A stretch of 32,448 nt of DNA. Source: a virus (lineage: Duplodnaviria > Caudoviricetes). The DNA lies in the IMG/VR virus record IMGVR_UViG_3300030330_004495, positions 1 to 32,448 of that record; one strand, 5' to 3'. The notes under the pieces were generated by a model. The model was not told where the DNA came from, did not search any database, and worked only from the letters and a program-made list of their open reading frames with translations. Positions 1-8,496 of the stretch are shown in pieces. Position numbers and translations under genes: made by a program. The first letter of the stretch is position 1. Each line of letters begins with the position of its first letter.

Positions 1-1
1 C

Positions 2-241
2 AATCGTTTTACAATCTTTGTATGCTTGCTCCGACAGACCGCCACGATTCTCCAACGCCACACCAAGAGCATCCTTGTTCGGAGCCTTGTTGTAGCGATG
101 GACATGATCACGAATCAAACCATAAACGGCTCGCTCGTTTCTGTCCTTGAAATACTCTTCGCTCAGGAACGGAAGCACACGACGAGTAAACCCATCATTG
201 TGAACCAGATTCCTCAGAATAATTGTTTCAATCGTTTCCAT
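2..241 (-). CDS. gp41: DNA primase-helicase gp41, N-terminal part (runs off the window start)
   Basis: Not in the ORF track. Manual translation from ATG at 241 gives METIETIILRNLVHNDGFTRRVLPFLSEEYFKDRNERAVYDLI, which resembles the T4 gp41 N-terminus. It overlaps the uvsX stop, matching uvsX-41 synteny. Confidence 0.88.
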   Translation of the reverse strand, partial: METIETIILRNLVHNDGFTRRVLPFLSEEYFKDRNERAVYGLIRDHVHRYNKAPNKDALGVALENRGGLSEQAYKDCKTI

Positions 242-1289
242 CGTCCTCAATCTCAATTACGCCAGTGTCATCTTCTTCCACTGCCGAACCATACTTGAAT
301 TCTTTTGCGACTGCAAGTTCTAACTTCTTCATAATTTCATCGGAGTAGAAATCTTCGGGCTTGTCGTTGATGTTCTTTTCAAACACCTTACGACCATCGG
401 GAAGTTCGATACGAGTCGAGACTTTCTTGAACACCCCATGCTTTACTGCAATGTCGGTCAGTCCGTAGTAGGGTGAAAGACCAGACTCATAGTTCAACAA
501 AGTTTCTGCCATAGAGTTTTCTTTCGTGACCCGTGACTTTTGCAACTTACACTTGATGATGTTGCCGACCACATCAGTTCCGTCCTTGACTTTCTTCTTG
601 GACAGGAACACGATTGTGCCTGCGTTGTATTTCAGACCGGAGCCACCGGACATTTCTTTCATCGGCACATAAGACCCGACAACATCGTAGGTGTGGTTTG
701 TGATCAGCAGCGGAATGCCAGCCGATCCACACTTGACAGTGAGCGTTCGGAAAGTTGCCTTCAATGCTTGGGCTTTGGTCATGTCACGAACATTCTTGCC
801 GCTGGCTGTGTCTTCCATTTCTTTCAGGGTAGACAGGTTGCCGAGCGAATCAAGAATCACAAGAATAGGCTTCTTGTCTTTCTCTGCACGATACGAGTCG
901 GCAACTTGAATCATCTGATGCCGAAACTCTTCGATGGTCGAAACAGGGAACACTGCAACACGGGCAGAGTCGATACCACGCTCTTCAAACATTTGTGAGG
1001 TGATTGCTTGCTCTGAATCAAAGTAAAGCACAACACCTTCGGGGTTATCATCAAGAAAAGTTTTCAGGATGTTGAAACAGAAGAAAGTTTTACCAGTCGC
1101 CTGCTCACCAGCCAGTGCCGTGATCTTGTTGTTCGGAATGCCACCATACAAAGACCCAGACAGCAGTGCGTTCAGTGTGTATGAACCCGTGCTGATGAAT
1201 CCTTTGATGTCAGAAACCAAACCGCTGTCAACAGAAGTAGCGTCTTCATTACCAGATACCTCAACCAAGTTATTCAAAAAGTTATTCAT
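228..1289 (-). CDS. uvsX: RecA-like recombinase UvsX
   Basis: ISTGSYTLNALLSG, Walker A GEQATGKT, FDSE, ILDSLGNL, TNHTY, MSGGSG. ATG at 1289 has GGAG 8 nt upstream (an in-frame TTG lies at 1292). Confidence 0.95.
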   Translation of the reverse strand: MNNFLNNLVEVSGNEDATSVDSGLVSDIKGFISTGSYTLNALLSGSLYGGIPNNKITALAGEQATGKTFFCFNILKTFLDDNPEGVVLYFDSEQAITSQMFEERGIDSARVAVFPVSTIEEFRHQMIQVADSYRAEKDKKPILVILDSLGNLSTLKEMEDTASGKNVRDMTKAQALKATFRTLTVKCGSAGIPLLITNHTYDVVGSYVPMKEMSGGSGLKYNAGTIVFLSKKKVKDGTDVVGNIIKCKLQKSRVTKENSMAETLLNYESGLSPYYGLTDIAVKHGVFKKVSTRIELPDGRKVFEKNINDKPEDFYSDEIMKKLELAVAKEFKYGSAVEEDDTGVIEIEDDGND

Positions 1290-1464
1290 CAATGCTTCTC
1301 CATTTTTCCATCAGTTTATCAACCTCTAACATCTTGTCAACTAATTCTTGGACATCTCCCGATTTAGTGGATTCTGTCCTCAATACAACTTTGTGTGTCT
1401 TCTGTAAGTCGTAGCGAAGACATCTCAATGCTTCTAAAATAAGGTCGGTTTCGCTCCGTTCCAT
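1282..1464 (-). CDS. small hypothetical protein
   Basis: Fills the gap between DUF4385 and uvsX. ATG at 1464 (MERSETDL) is preceded by GGAGG, and the product looks helical. Confidence 0.65.
   Translation of the reverse strand: MERSETDLILEALRCLRYDLQKTHKVVLRTESTKSGDVQELVDKMLEVDKLMEKWRSIDE
1313..1340 (-). promoter_or_regulatory. sigma70-like promoter upstream of uvsX
   Basis: Minus strand TTGACA-N16-TAAACT with extended TGn, about 25 nt upstream of the uvsX ATG and inside the upstream ORF. Confidence 0.55.
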
Positions 1465-1925
1465 ATGTCTTCCTCCTTTCTTCGCCACTCACGAACCATC
1501 GTTCGATATTTTTTATGTGTTCTTGCTGCATCGTATACACGCTTAAAGATGCGTGCCGATTCTGCTTTGTCACAAGTCCAGTGGTCTGGCTCTTGTGGTT
1601 TGATTCTTCCGTTGTCATCATACTTCTTTCCGCTACGATGATTAGCGTATCGTCTCGCTCGCGTCCATCCCATCATAAGGAACTTACGTGCCATATCAGC
1701 CCCAACAAACTCATCCCGAATAAGATAGTCATCAAACATAGCGTAAATTCGATTTGCCGAGTCGAACGCGATTTGGGGCGTGCGGAATCGCCAGTGTTTG
1801 CAGATTTCTGATTTGTATGGTTCACAGAGCAATACTCCTTGTTCTCCCCGACCGATGATATACAACTCCGGGTTCTTTCGATAGTCTATCGTATCAAAAT
1901 CTAATGTGTAGTCAAATTCAATCAT
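1434..1925 (-). CDS. DUF4385 family protein
   Basis: Recognised family motifs GRGEQGVLLCEPYKSEI..HWRFRTP and FVGADMARKFLMMGWTRARRYANH. Confidence 0.85.
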   Translation of the reverse strand: MIEFDYTLDFDTIDYRKNPELYIIGRGEQGVLLCEPYKSEICKHWRFRTPQIAFDSANRIYAMFDDYLIRDEFVGADMARKFLMMGWTRARRYANHRSGKKYDDNGRIKPQEPDHWTCDKAESARIFKRVYDAARTHKKYRTMVREWRRKEEDIWNGAKPTLF

Positions 1926-2388
1926 TTAAAAATATGTTTCTTAGTTTCTGTATTTTTACTTCTTCTCTTTTAATGTAATCAGCATACGCATCCGAGAAGC
2001 CGTTGAGAAATTGATTTCTCGTTTGGTTTTCATCCAGTTTCAACTCTCCTTTGCGGAACTGTATTACACCATTTCCCTGACACTGAACTTTGAGACAATC
2101 CCACGAAATGTGTTCAACATCAACCAATCGTTCGCTTAAAATGTCAACACCATTTTCTGTTTCCTTATAATTCACAAACAAAAATTGTAATCTATTTTTT
2201 TTATCTCTGAGATACTCAAAAAGTTTAACACCACTCATCATGTTGGGAGAGAAATTTTCTTTGTCAACATTATTTGATTTTATGTTTATTGGTACACCAT
2301 CAACATAAATGTCTCCGATGTCCTTTCGGCTTGTTGTCGTGGTGTTGTACCTCTTAGCATAGATTTCTTCAATAAGTTTGTCACTCAA
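1918..2388 (-). CDS. putative PD-(D/E)xK restriction-endonuclease-like protein
   Basis: RKDIGDIYVDGVPINIKS resembles a D...(N/D)xK nuclease core followed by SPNMMS. AT-rich. TTG start overlaps the gp43 TGA. Confidence 0.5.
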   Translation of the reverse strand: MSDKLIEEIYAKRYNTTTTSRKDIGDIYVDGVPINIKSNNVDKENFSPNMMSGVKLFEYLRDKKNRLQFLFVNYKETENGVDILSERLVDVEHISWDCLKVQCQGNGVIQFRKGELKLDENQTRNQFLNGFSDAYADYIKREEVKIQKLRNIFLND

Positions 2389-4892
2389 AACAATGTCGCC
2401 TTATGTTCGTAATCCCAACCAACTTTGTCAAGAATATTTTTCAAAGGTTCTAAGAAGGAAACTGAGAACTGCTTGTCGTAGTCGGCAAACTCATCCAACT
2501 CAAACTCTTTCGGAGCAGCACCGGGGAACGAAATAACTTTGTCCTTGAAGGGATTCGGAACAGCAAGATACAAAAACTTCACCTTGTCGCCCTCGTTCAC
2601 TCTGTGATACTTGCTTTGCAGTTTCATCTTTTTCAGATAGTGATTATAGATCAACGCACCCTTCACGGCAATCGGTGTAGACTTACGATAGATGGTTGAC
2701 TCATCGATGTAGGTGTTGATGTTGTTACACCCACGGGGAAAGGCAATCTGGTCTGGTGAATATTCCTTGAATTCTTGCTTGAAGTTTGCAACGAAGTCGA
2801 TGATCTCTTCTTCGGTTCCGGTCAGCACCAACTTAATCGCGTCTTTCAACTTTTGTCGCACAACCATTGGAGTCGATGAGCGTGTCGTTTCGATACCCAT
2901 GATCTTCATCTTGGGTTCATCGTATTGCACACCCTCAGAGTTATGCACGTTGAGCATGTATCGCTTCTTGGCAGTCCAGACTCCAACGTCGGCGATGACT
3001 TCTCGTTCCATCACCATCTTGTTGGAGTAGGCATTCATTTTTTGGGCGAGTTCATCGTAGCATTTGTTGATGAATGGTTCGATGACTTCCTTACAGGACT
3101 TGTCAAGAAATCGTACGATCTCGTTTTTCGTTTTGTTTTGAGCAGTAGCCCGAACCAAGTTCCCGAGGCGAAGATAAACAGAGTCAGTATCACTTGCGAC
3201 AACATAATCATAGTCTCCTGTGTTTAGAGTTTTGTTCAAAAACTCATTTAGTTTGTTTGCGATGTATTGAATCGATAGTTGACCCGAAGTTGTAATCGCT
3301 TCTGCGATGTCGATGTCAAAGTATCGGAAGTATTGATTGCCCATCGCACCATAGGCTGAGTTCAATTGAATCTTTCGCACCAGTTGGAAGTTGTGATACT
3401 TGGCAATCTCAAAGTCCAAACTTTCATCGTCTGGATTCTGTTGCTTTTTCTTTTGTGCCTCAATCATCAACTTCTTGTAGTGCTTGCGTTCTGCGTAAAA
3501 CTTTTCCATAAGTTCCGGCATGAAGCCAAGTCGGTCTTTGCGGAAACAGATTCCGTTTCCTGCGACAGAGAAGTTACGCTTTTCATATTCTTTCAGGTCT
3601 TTGTCCTTCGCCCCTGCCATGATCTCTGCCGGAGACATTGAGTTACGGAATGGGAATGGCGGTTCGCCCGACATGTCTGCACGCAACTTGGTGTCAGGTG
3701 AAATATTATATTGCATGATGAGGTGAGGATACAGACTGTTGAGGTCGAAGGACACAACCCAGTCATGCCGACCAGTGATCGGCTCCTTCACATACGCACC
3801 GATGATCTGCCCGTCTTTCTTTCCGGCGTTGATCTTTCGTGGGATCACGATGTTCTTCGCACGCAGGTGGTGATAGATAATCTGATCCCAAGTCCGAACC
3901 TGAGAGAACACATCACCAAGATTGACCTTGGCGTTGTATGCCAGTGCCATCGCCAACTCCATCAGCCCAAGTTTCTGCTCCAACTTCTGCACAAGTTTGA
4001 CATCTTGATAGTTGTATTCCACAAACTTTTGGAAGTCTTTTGTATAGAAATCCTTGAAGTGATCGTATTCGTATTCGACTTTCTTCTCGCCGAGTTCGAC
4101 GAAGGCGATGTGATCCAACTTGTATGACTCTTGGTTTACATAAGTAAACTTTTGGTAGAGGTCGAAGTAATCAAGAATCGTAAGACCAACAAAGTCAAAG
4201 GCGATGCGATCACCGCTCTGTGTCTGGACGTTGCGTTGCTTGACAAACTCCCACGGAGAGAGTTTCCTTGCACGCTTCTCGATCACACGATCCATGCGAG
4301 CATAGAGATACGGCATGTCGAAGAACTTGACATTCCAACCAGTCACGATGTCGGGATCTTCGCCCTCCCAAATCTCCAAGAACTTCAAGAGTAGGTCTTG
4401 TTCGTTCGTGAAGGTGTAGAGATTGATTCCCTCTTTCAACGCACAATCACCCAATGCAAAAACATACTCACGATCCTGCACGATCAGAGTGATGGTGATG
4501 ACACGCTCGTTTGGATTCGCAACTTGGGGGAAGCCATTCTCTGCCGTGGTTTCGATATCGATGTATGCAACTTTCAGAACCGACTGGTCATACTCAACTT
4601 CTTTGGGAAACTTGTCACCAATAAACTGATAGATGTAGTCAGTGTTGCCATAGATGTCAAAGCCCGTCACACTTTCGTGCCGCAGGATGAAGTCACGACA
4701 ATCCGACATCGTTCCCGGCTGGAAAGGCTCCGCCGAACGACCGTCCATCGTGTGAAAGTCCGATGACTTATTTGTAGAGATAAAGAGAGTGGGGTGGTAA
4801 TCAATACGACCCTCGACTCTCTTGCCATTCTCGTATCCACGATACAGAATGTTATCTCCACGAACGCTTACATTTGTATAGAACCGACTCAA
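2385..4892 (-). CDS. gp43: family B DNA polymerase gp43
   Basis: Exonuclease motifs DIET and GWNVKFFD. Polymerase motifs SFDLNSLYP, KIQLNSAYG, ASDTDS, KKRY. 835 aa with no intein. TTG start. Confidence 0.97.
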   Translation of the reverse strand: MSRFYTNVSVRGDNILYRGYENGKRVEGRIDYHPTLFISTNKSSDFHTMDGRSAEPFQPGTMSDCRDFILRHESVTGFDIYGNTDYIYQFIGDKFPKEVEYDQSVLKVAYIDIETTAENGFPQVANPNERVITITLIVQDREYVFALGDCALKEGINLYTFTNEQDLLLKFLEIWEGEDPDIVTGWNVKFFDMPYLYARMDRVIEKRARKLSPWEFVKQRNVQTQSGDRIAFDFVGLTILDYFDLYQKFTYVNQESYKLDHIAFVELGEKKVEYEYDHFKDFYTKDFQKFVEYNYQDVKLVQKLEQKLGLMELAMALAYNAKVNLGDVFSQVRTWDQIIYHHLRAKNIVIPRKINAGKKDGQIIGAYVKEPITGRHDWVVSFDLNSLYPHLIMQYNISPDTKLRADMSGEPPFPFRNSMSPAEIMAGAKDKDLKEYEKRNFSVAGNGICFRKDRLGFMPELMEKFYAERKHYKKLMIEAQKKKQQNPDDESLDFEIAKYHNFQLVRKIQLNSAYGAMGNQYFRYFDIDIAEAITTSGQLSIQYIANKLNEFLNKTLNTGDYDYVVASDTDSVYLRLGNLVRATAQNKTKNEIVRFLDKSCKEVIEPFINKCYDELAQKMNAYSNKMVMEREVIADVGVWTAKKRYMLNVHNSEGVQYDEPKMKIMGIETTRSSTPMVVRQKLKDAIKLVLTGTEEEIIDFVANFKQEFKEYSPDQIAFPRGCNNINTYIDESTIYRKSTPIAVKGALIYNHYLKKMKLQSKYHRVNEGDKVKFLYLAVPNPFKDKVISFPGAAPKEFELDEFADYDKQFSVSFLEPLKNILDKVGWDYEHKATLF

Positions 4893-5413
4893 ACTATTAC
4901 CAATCCATTTCTTGTTTTCTTATAAAAAATGATACCACACTCGATTCTCTCATTCAAGGATGCCGGAGAGTTTTTGTAAGTATGTGGTTTAATTGACACT
5001 GGGGTTCCGTCAACATAACCATCAATACCCCGAGACTCCTCTGCTGGTGTTGCAAGACGAAAAGACTTTTTTGATACCATGCGAAGAACGTCGAGTTGAA
5101 TCTGTAATCCTGAAAATGTTTTATCATAGACCAGTTCTTCGACCCAATCTCTAACGTCCTCTTTTGTAAGATGCTCGATGTTTGTTTTGATTCGCTCAAT
5201 AAAGTCCCATGTTTTTTCAGTTGCATTTTCGATACAGTCTTTTCCAACCTTTTGGGCATGATACTCTCTCCACCCAGACACCGTGGGATTATCCGTTGAG
5301 TTTCTGTAATCTTGCAAAAGATCACTCAACTGCCCCATGTTTTTTGGTCTTAATGTTTGAGAGAATCCCGCTGCCATGTTGACGATTGATCGGATGTAAG
5401 GCAAGATGGGCAT
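4889..5413 (-). CDS. MjaI-family restriction endonuclease-like protein
   Basis: RPKNMGQLSDL, LVYDKTFSG and RLATPAEESRGIDGYVDGTPVSIKPHTY resemble the MjaI family (GID..SIK core). Confidence 0.75.
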   Translation of the reverse strand: MPILPYIRSIVNMAAGFSQTLRPKNMGQLSDLLQDYRNSTDNPTVSGWREYHAQKVGKDCIENATEKTWDFIERIKTNIEHLTKEDVRDWVEELVYDKTFSGLQIQLDVLRMVSKKSFRLATPAEESRGIDGYVDGTPVSIKPHTYKNSPASLNERIECGIIFYKKTRNGLVIV

Positions 5414-5419
5414 GAGTGG

Positions 5420-5447
5420 ATTATATCATCTCACTTGGAATCGTCAA
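5420..5447 (-). promoter_or_regulatory. sigma70-like promoter for the endonuclease-gp43 unit, probably leaderless
   Basis: TTGACG(5447-5442)-N16-TATAAT(5425-5420) with extended TGn. ATG is 6 nt downstream and there is no SD. Confidence 0.75.
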
Positions 5448-5760
5448 CCTCTTTCTCTGAAACAAAAGATGAAAGAAGCACCATGTAGTTGATGATGTCT
5501 ACGCAGGAGTCGTGAAAAGACTCATTTTCAACGTGCATGGTTCCTGATTCAATAAAAGAACTCATGCGAGATAATTTATCAACAATCCGAACAAGGAATC
5601 CTTGCTCAGTGGAGCAGACACCCATCGCTTCACAGCGTGTAAAGTTTGCAAAAGGTTCAAGTCCTCCGTTGCCCGCGTAATCTTTATTTTTTAATTCCAT
5701 AAGATTACGGGCTTCTTTACAAATGGCTTCATGGTTTTTTAGTAATTCATCACGGGTCAT
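5431..5760 (-). CDS. DUF1599 / nucleotide-modification-associated domain 1 protein (all-alpha NTP-pyrophosphatase-like)
   Basis: KNKDYAG..FANF, VRIVDKLSR and ESFHDSCVDIINY motifs. Coupled to dUTPase by a TAATG overlap. Confidence 0.7.
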   Translation of the reverse strand: MTRDELLKNHEAICKEARNLMELKNKDYAGNGGLEPFANFTRCEAMGVCSTEQGFLVRIVDKLSRMSSFIESGTMHVENESFHDSCVDIINYMVLLSSFVSEKEVDDSK

Positions 5761-6212
5761 TAGTTCACTCCTGTGCTTCCGAAACCACCATCGCGGTCGG
5801 ATTTTTGTTGTGGTGCATTTTCAATTTCTTCAAAGGTCGTTTCTAAATTTTTCACAAGTTCAATTTGTGCGATTCGATCTCCGTCGCGGATTTGATAAAC
5901 TTTATCGCCGTTATTTACAACTGGCACAAACACTTCTTCGACATAATCCGAATCAATGATGCCCTCTGACACAGACATTCCCACACCATGTTTTGAGGCG
6001 ATACTGGATCGAGTGTGTACCCGAACAGAGTAACCCTCTGGAATATCAAGGATCAAACCAAGAGGCACTAAAAATCTTTCCCCCGGTTTGAGCATTTTGA
6101 TCGTGCAAGGTAAAAGACAAGCATGAACGTCGAAACACGCAGATCCTTTTGTTGCCATAAATGGCATCTTTGCGTTTTTACGAATCTTATAACAGCCGAC
6201 AGTTTTTGACAT
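5760..6212 (-). CDS. dut: trimeric dUTPase
   Basis: All five motifs: ACFDV, RSS, GIIDSDY, RIAQ, RDGGFGSTG. SD AAAGGAG upstream. Confidence 0.95.
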   Translation of the reverse strand: MSKTVGCYKIRKNAKMPFMATKGSACFDVHACLLPCTIKMLKPGERFLVPLGLILDIPEGYSVRVHTRSSIASKHGVGMSVSEGIIDSDYVEEVFVPVVNNGDKVYQIRDGDRIAQIELVKNLETTFEEIENAPQQKSDRDGGFGSTGVN

Positions 6213-6231
6213 GAATAAACTCCTTTGTCAT

Positions 6232-6259
6232 ATGATAGACAGAGAGTTTTTTGTGTCAA
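6232..6259 (-). promoter_or_regulatory. sigma70-like promoter upstream of dUTPase
   Basis: TTGACA(6259-6254)-N16-TATCAT(6237-6232), followed by AAAGGAG and the ATG. It occupies one of the few real intergenic gaps. Confidence 0.7.
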
Positions 6260-8493
6260 GGGATATTTTCGATGGTATTGTCTATACCGATTGATGGATT
6301 ATCATCTGAGATATCAGGATCACTAATCTGACCGCCATCTTCGTTTGTGTCAGTAAACCATTCTGTCTGCAACGCACCGGGATCGAAATTTATAGTTGGT
6401 CTTGCCACATCATTTTGGTCTTCGTACGGAAAAGCAAGACCCAACATGCTGTAAAATTCTTTTCTTGTAAACCCAGAGGAATACGGAATTGGGTTTGCAT
6501 AACCTTCCTTGACACTGCGAACTCTTAGATCAAATCCTTGTAAACCAAATTCACTATACCCCGGCTCAGGTCGAGGATCGCTATATCTAATCAAACTTCT
6601 CATCGGTCGAGCATTAGTGTCTGGATAATCTGGATCAACATCTGGCAAGAAAAAGTAATAATCAATAAAGTAAAAAGGAATCAAGTTTTCAAAATAACTT
6701 TTTTGAGTAAAGTTTTGAAACAGACTTTCTTCCGCAACGAGTTCTGTCGTATTTTTCAATGGATCAACTGTAAAAACTTCCCCATAATCCGATGGCTCAA
6801 GAGCAAAACTGGGGGTGATACATGGATCAGGATTATCACCATCAGGATTACTGAGGCAAATATTTTTCTTTTCATAGTATCCAAATACATTTCCTGCTAA
6901 AAATTTAATCTTACTATCAAAATCTTTGAGTACCACATCAGACAGTTGTGCAGTTGATGGATATGGGGGTTGCTTAGGAATAGTGTTTCTTTGGTTCTGA
7001 ACACCGCCTCCTTGGAATCTGCCCTGAATCACCGCCTGAACATTATCATTATCAACGAACAAGTTGCAAAGAAGATATACATTACATCCTCTATCCGCGT
7101 GCAACACAGATCCGTTTCCCATAAATTTTACCGTCATCCCCGCACGTTGGAAAGCCACAGTGCAATTTCCAATATAAACATCGCTGTGAAACGCTGCCGC
7201 AAAGCACCCGTCTTGACCACCATTTCTTGCACCATAGGCATATGTGTTAATTATTTTCAAGACCCCTCTGTCAACTGAACTATCTCGTTCTCTGTCGAGT
7301 GCCGAATCTGGAGCATAAAAAACAAAACCACCAAGTTTTGAGCGAGAACTGAAACTTCTGGGCAATGCACAATCCTTAATTGTCAAAGAAGGTCCATATG
7401 AAACCACAGAAGCCTGACCTTGATCAATAAAGAAACCCGGAGAGGAATCAACTGGTGTTTCTTTACCTAATCCCGGCTGATTTCCAGCATAGGGTCCGTT
7501 TGGACTATCAGGGTCACCGGAGTTGAATCTACAATTTTGTATGCAGAGATTCACCGGAGTGTCGGCAAAAATCATAGTTGCGATATTTGAGCCTCCTGAA
7601 ATTTGACAATCTCTAAGAAGAACATCTCCTGTTTCCAAATACATCGATCCGCCGATTGTAATGTCATAAAAATTTTGAGTGCCGGGTTTTGCATAATTAA
7701 CGAGTCGTCCAAAACCGGAAAGATTTAAATTTTCAACAACTAATCCAGTTTCAGGGGCAACCAAGGATTGCTGATCCTTTTGAAGAAGGATACACAATCC
7801 ACCAGTGTTTCTGTTTGCGTTAGATCCGTCATCTAATTTTGACGGTCGGAGTCTTGTGCTGTAGGGTGACGCTCCAGACCCTCGTAAAATAATTTTTTTA
7901 CCTTCGTTGATTACAACCGTTTCATAGTGAGTTCCCACCGCTAATTCAATCACATCACCCTCACCAGCGGCATCAACAGCATCTTGAATGCTCTCACCGA
8001 CTGCCACCGTATGAACGGTTTCACTGCTTTCAAAGGGAACTAAACAGTTGTATTGAGAGATTTCTACGAATTCTTCTGTGTCTGTTTCCTCATTAAACTT
8101 TATGAAAACCTCATCCTCATCAATAATTTCACTGGGTTTACCAAGAGGTCGTGGTCTTAGATCAGTCGTTACTTGTTTGATTTGTGGTGTTTGGTAGTTT
8201 CCGTGAAACTGGGTCACATTCATAATCAAACCATTTGGCATGTAATATGTTCTACCATTTAATACATGCGTATGGAATCCTTGGGTTGTCTCTCCCGGTC
8301 TAATTTCTGTTGGAGCGGGACTCGCTGCCACAGCCTCGGCAGAGGTGAGATACAGCGGATAGTAACCATTCACATCAAGTGCAACGCCCGAAGTTCTTGT
8401 TGATGATGTGGTTCTTACCGATGACGCTTGTGATGTTCTGCGAGATGGAGTCGCTGATGAACTTCTATTTGTCGATGAGTAGTGATAAGACAT
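6256..8493 (-). CDS. pectin-lyase-like right-handed beta-helix protein, probably virion-associated
   Basis: Beta-helix cap motif VAVGESIQDAVDAAGEGDVIELAVGTHYE, repeated I.nc.f strands, C-terminal D..DVARP...DPGALQ motif, and an S/T/R-rich N-terminus. Confidence 0.6.
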   Translation of the reverse strand: MSYHYSSTNRSSSATPSRRTSQASSVRTTSSTRTSGVALDVNGYYPLYLTSAEAVAASPAPTEIRPGETTQGFHTHVLNGRTYYMPNGLIMNVTQFHGNYQTPQIKQVTTDLRPRPLGKPSEIIDEDEVFIKFNEETDTEEFVEISQYNCLVPFESSETVHTVAVGESIQDAVDAAGEGDVIELAVGTHYETVVINEGKKIILRGSGASPYSTRLRPSKLDDGSNANRNTGGLCILLQKDQQSLVAPETGLVVENLNLSGFGRLVNYAKPGTQNFYDITIGGSMYLETGDVLLRDCQISGGSNIATMIFADTPVNLCIQNCRFNSGDPDSPNGPYAGNQPGLGKETPVDSSPGFFIDQGQASVVSYGPSLTIKDCALPRSFSSRSKLGGFVFYAPDSALDRERDSSVDRGVLKIINTYAYGARNGGQDGCFAAAFHSDVYIGNCTVAFQRAGMTVKFMGNGSVLHADRGCNVYLLCNLFVDNDNVQAVIQGRFQGGGVQNQRNTIPKQPPYPSTAQLSDVVLKDFDSKIKFLAGNVFGYYEKKNICLSNPDGDNPDPCITPSFALEPSDYGEVFTVDPLKNTTELVAEESLFQNFTQKSYFENLIPFYFIDYYFFLPDVDPDYPDTNARPMRSLIRYSDPRPEPGYSEFGLQGFDLRVRSVKEGYANPIPYSSGFTRKEFYSMLGLAFPYEDQNDVARPTINFDPGALQTEWFTDTNEDGGQISDPDISDDNPSIGIDNTIENIP

Positions 8494-8496
8494 TTT

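Noticed and set aside
2385-4892. Possible intein, intron or split in gp43
   Set aside because: It is a single 835-aa ORF with normally spaced motifs.
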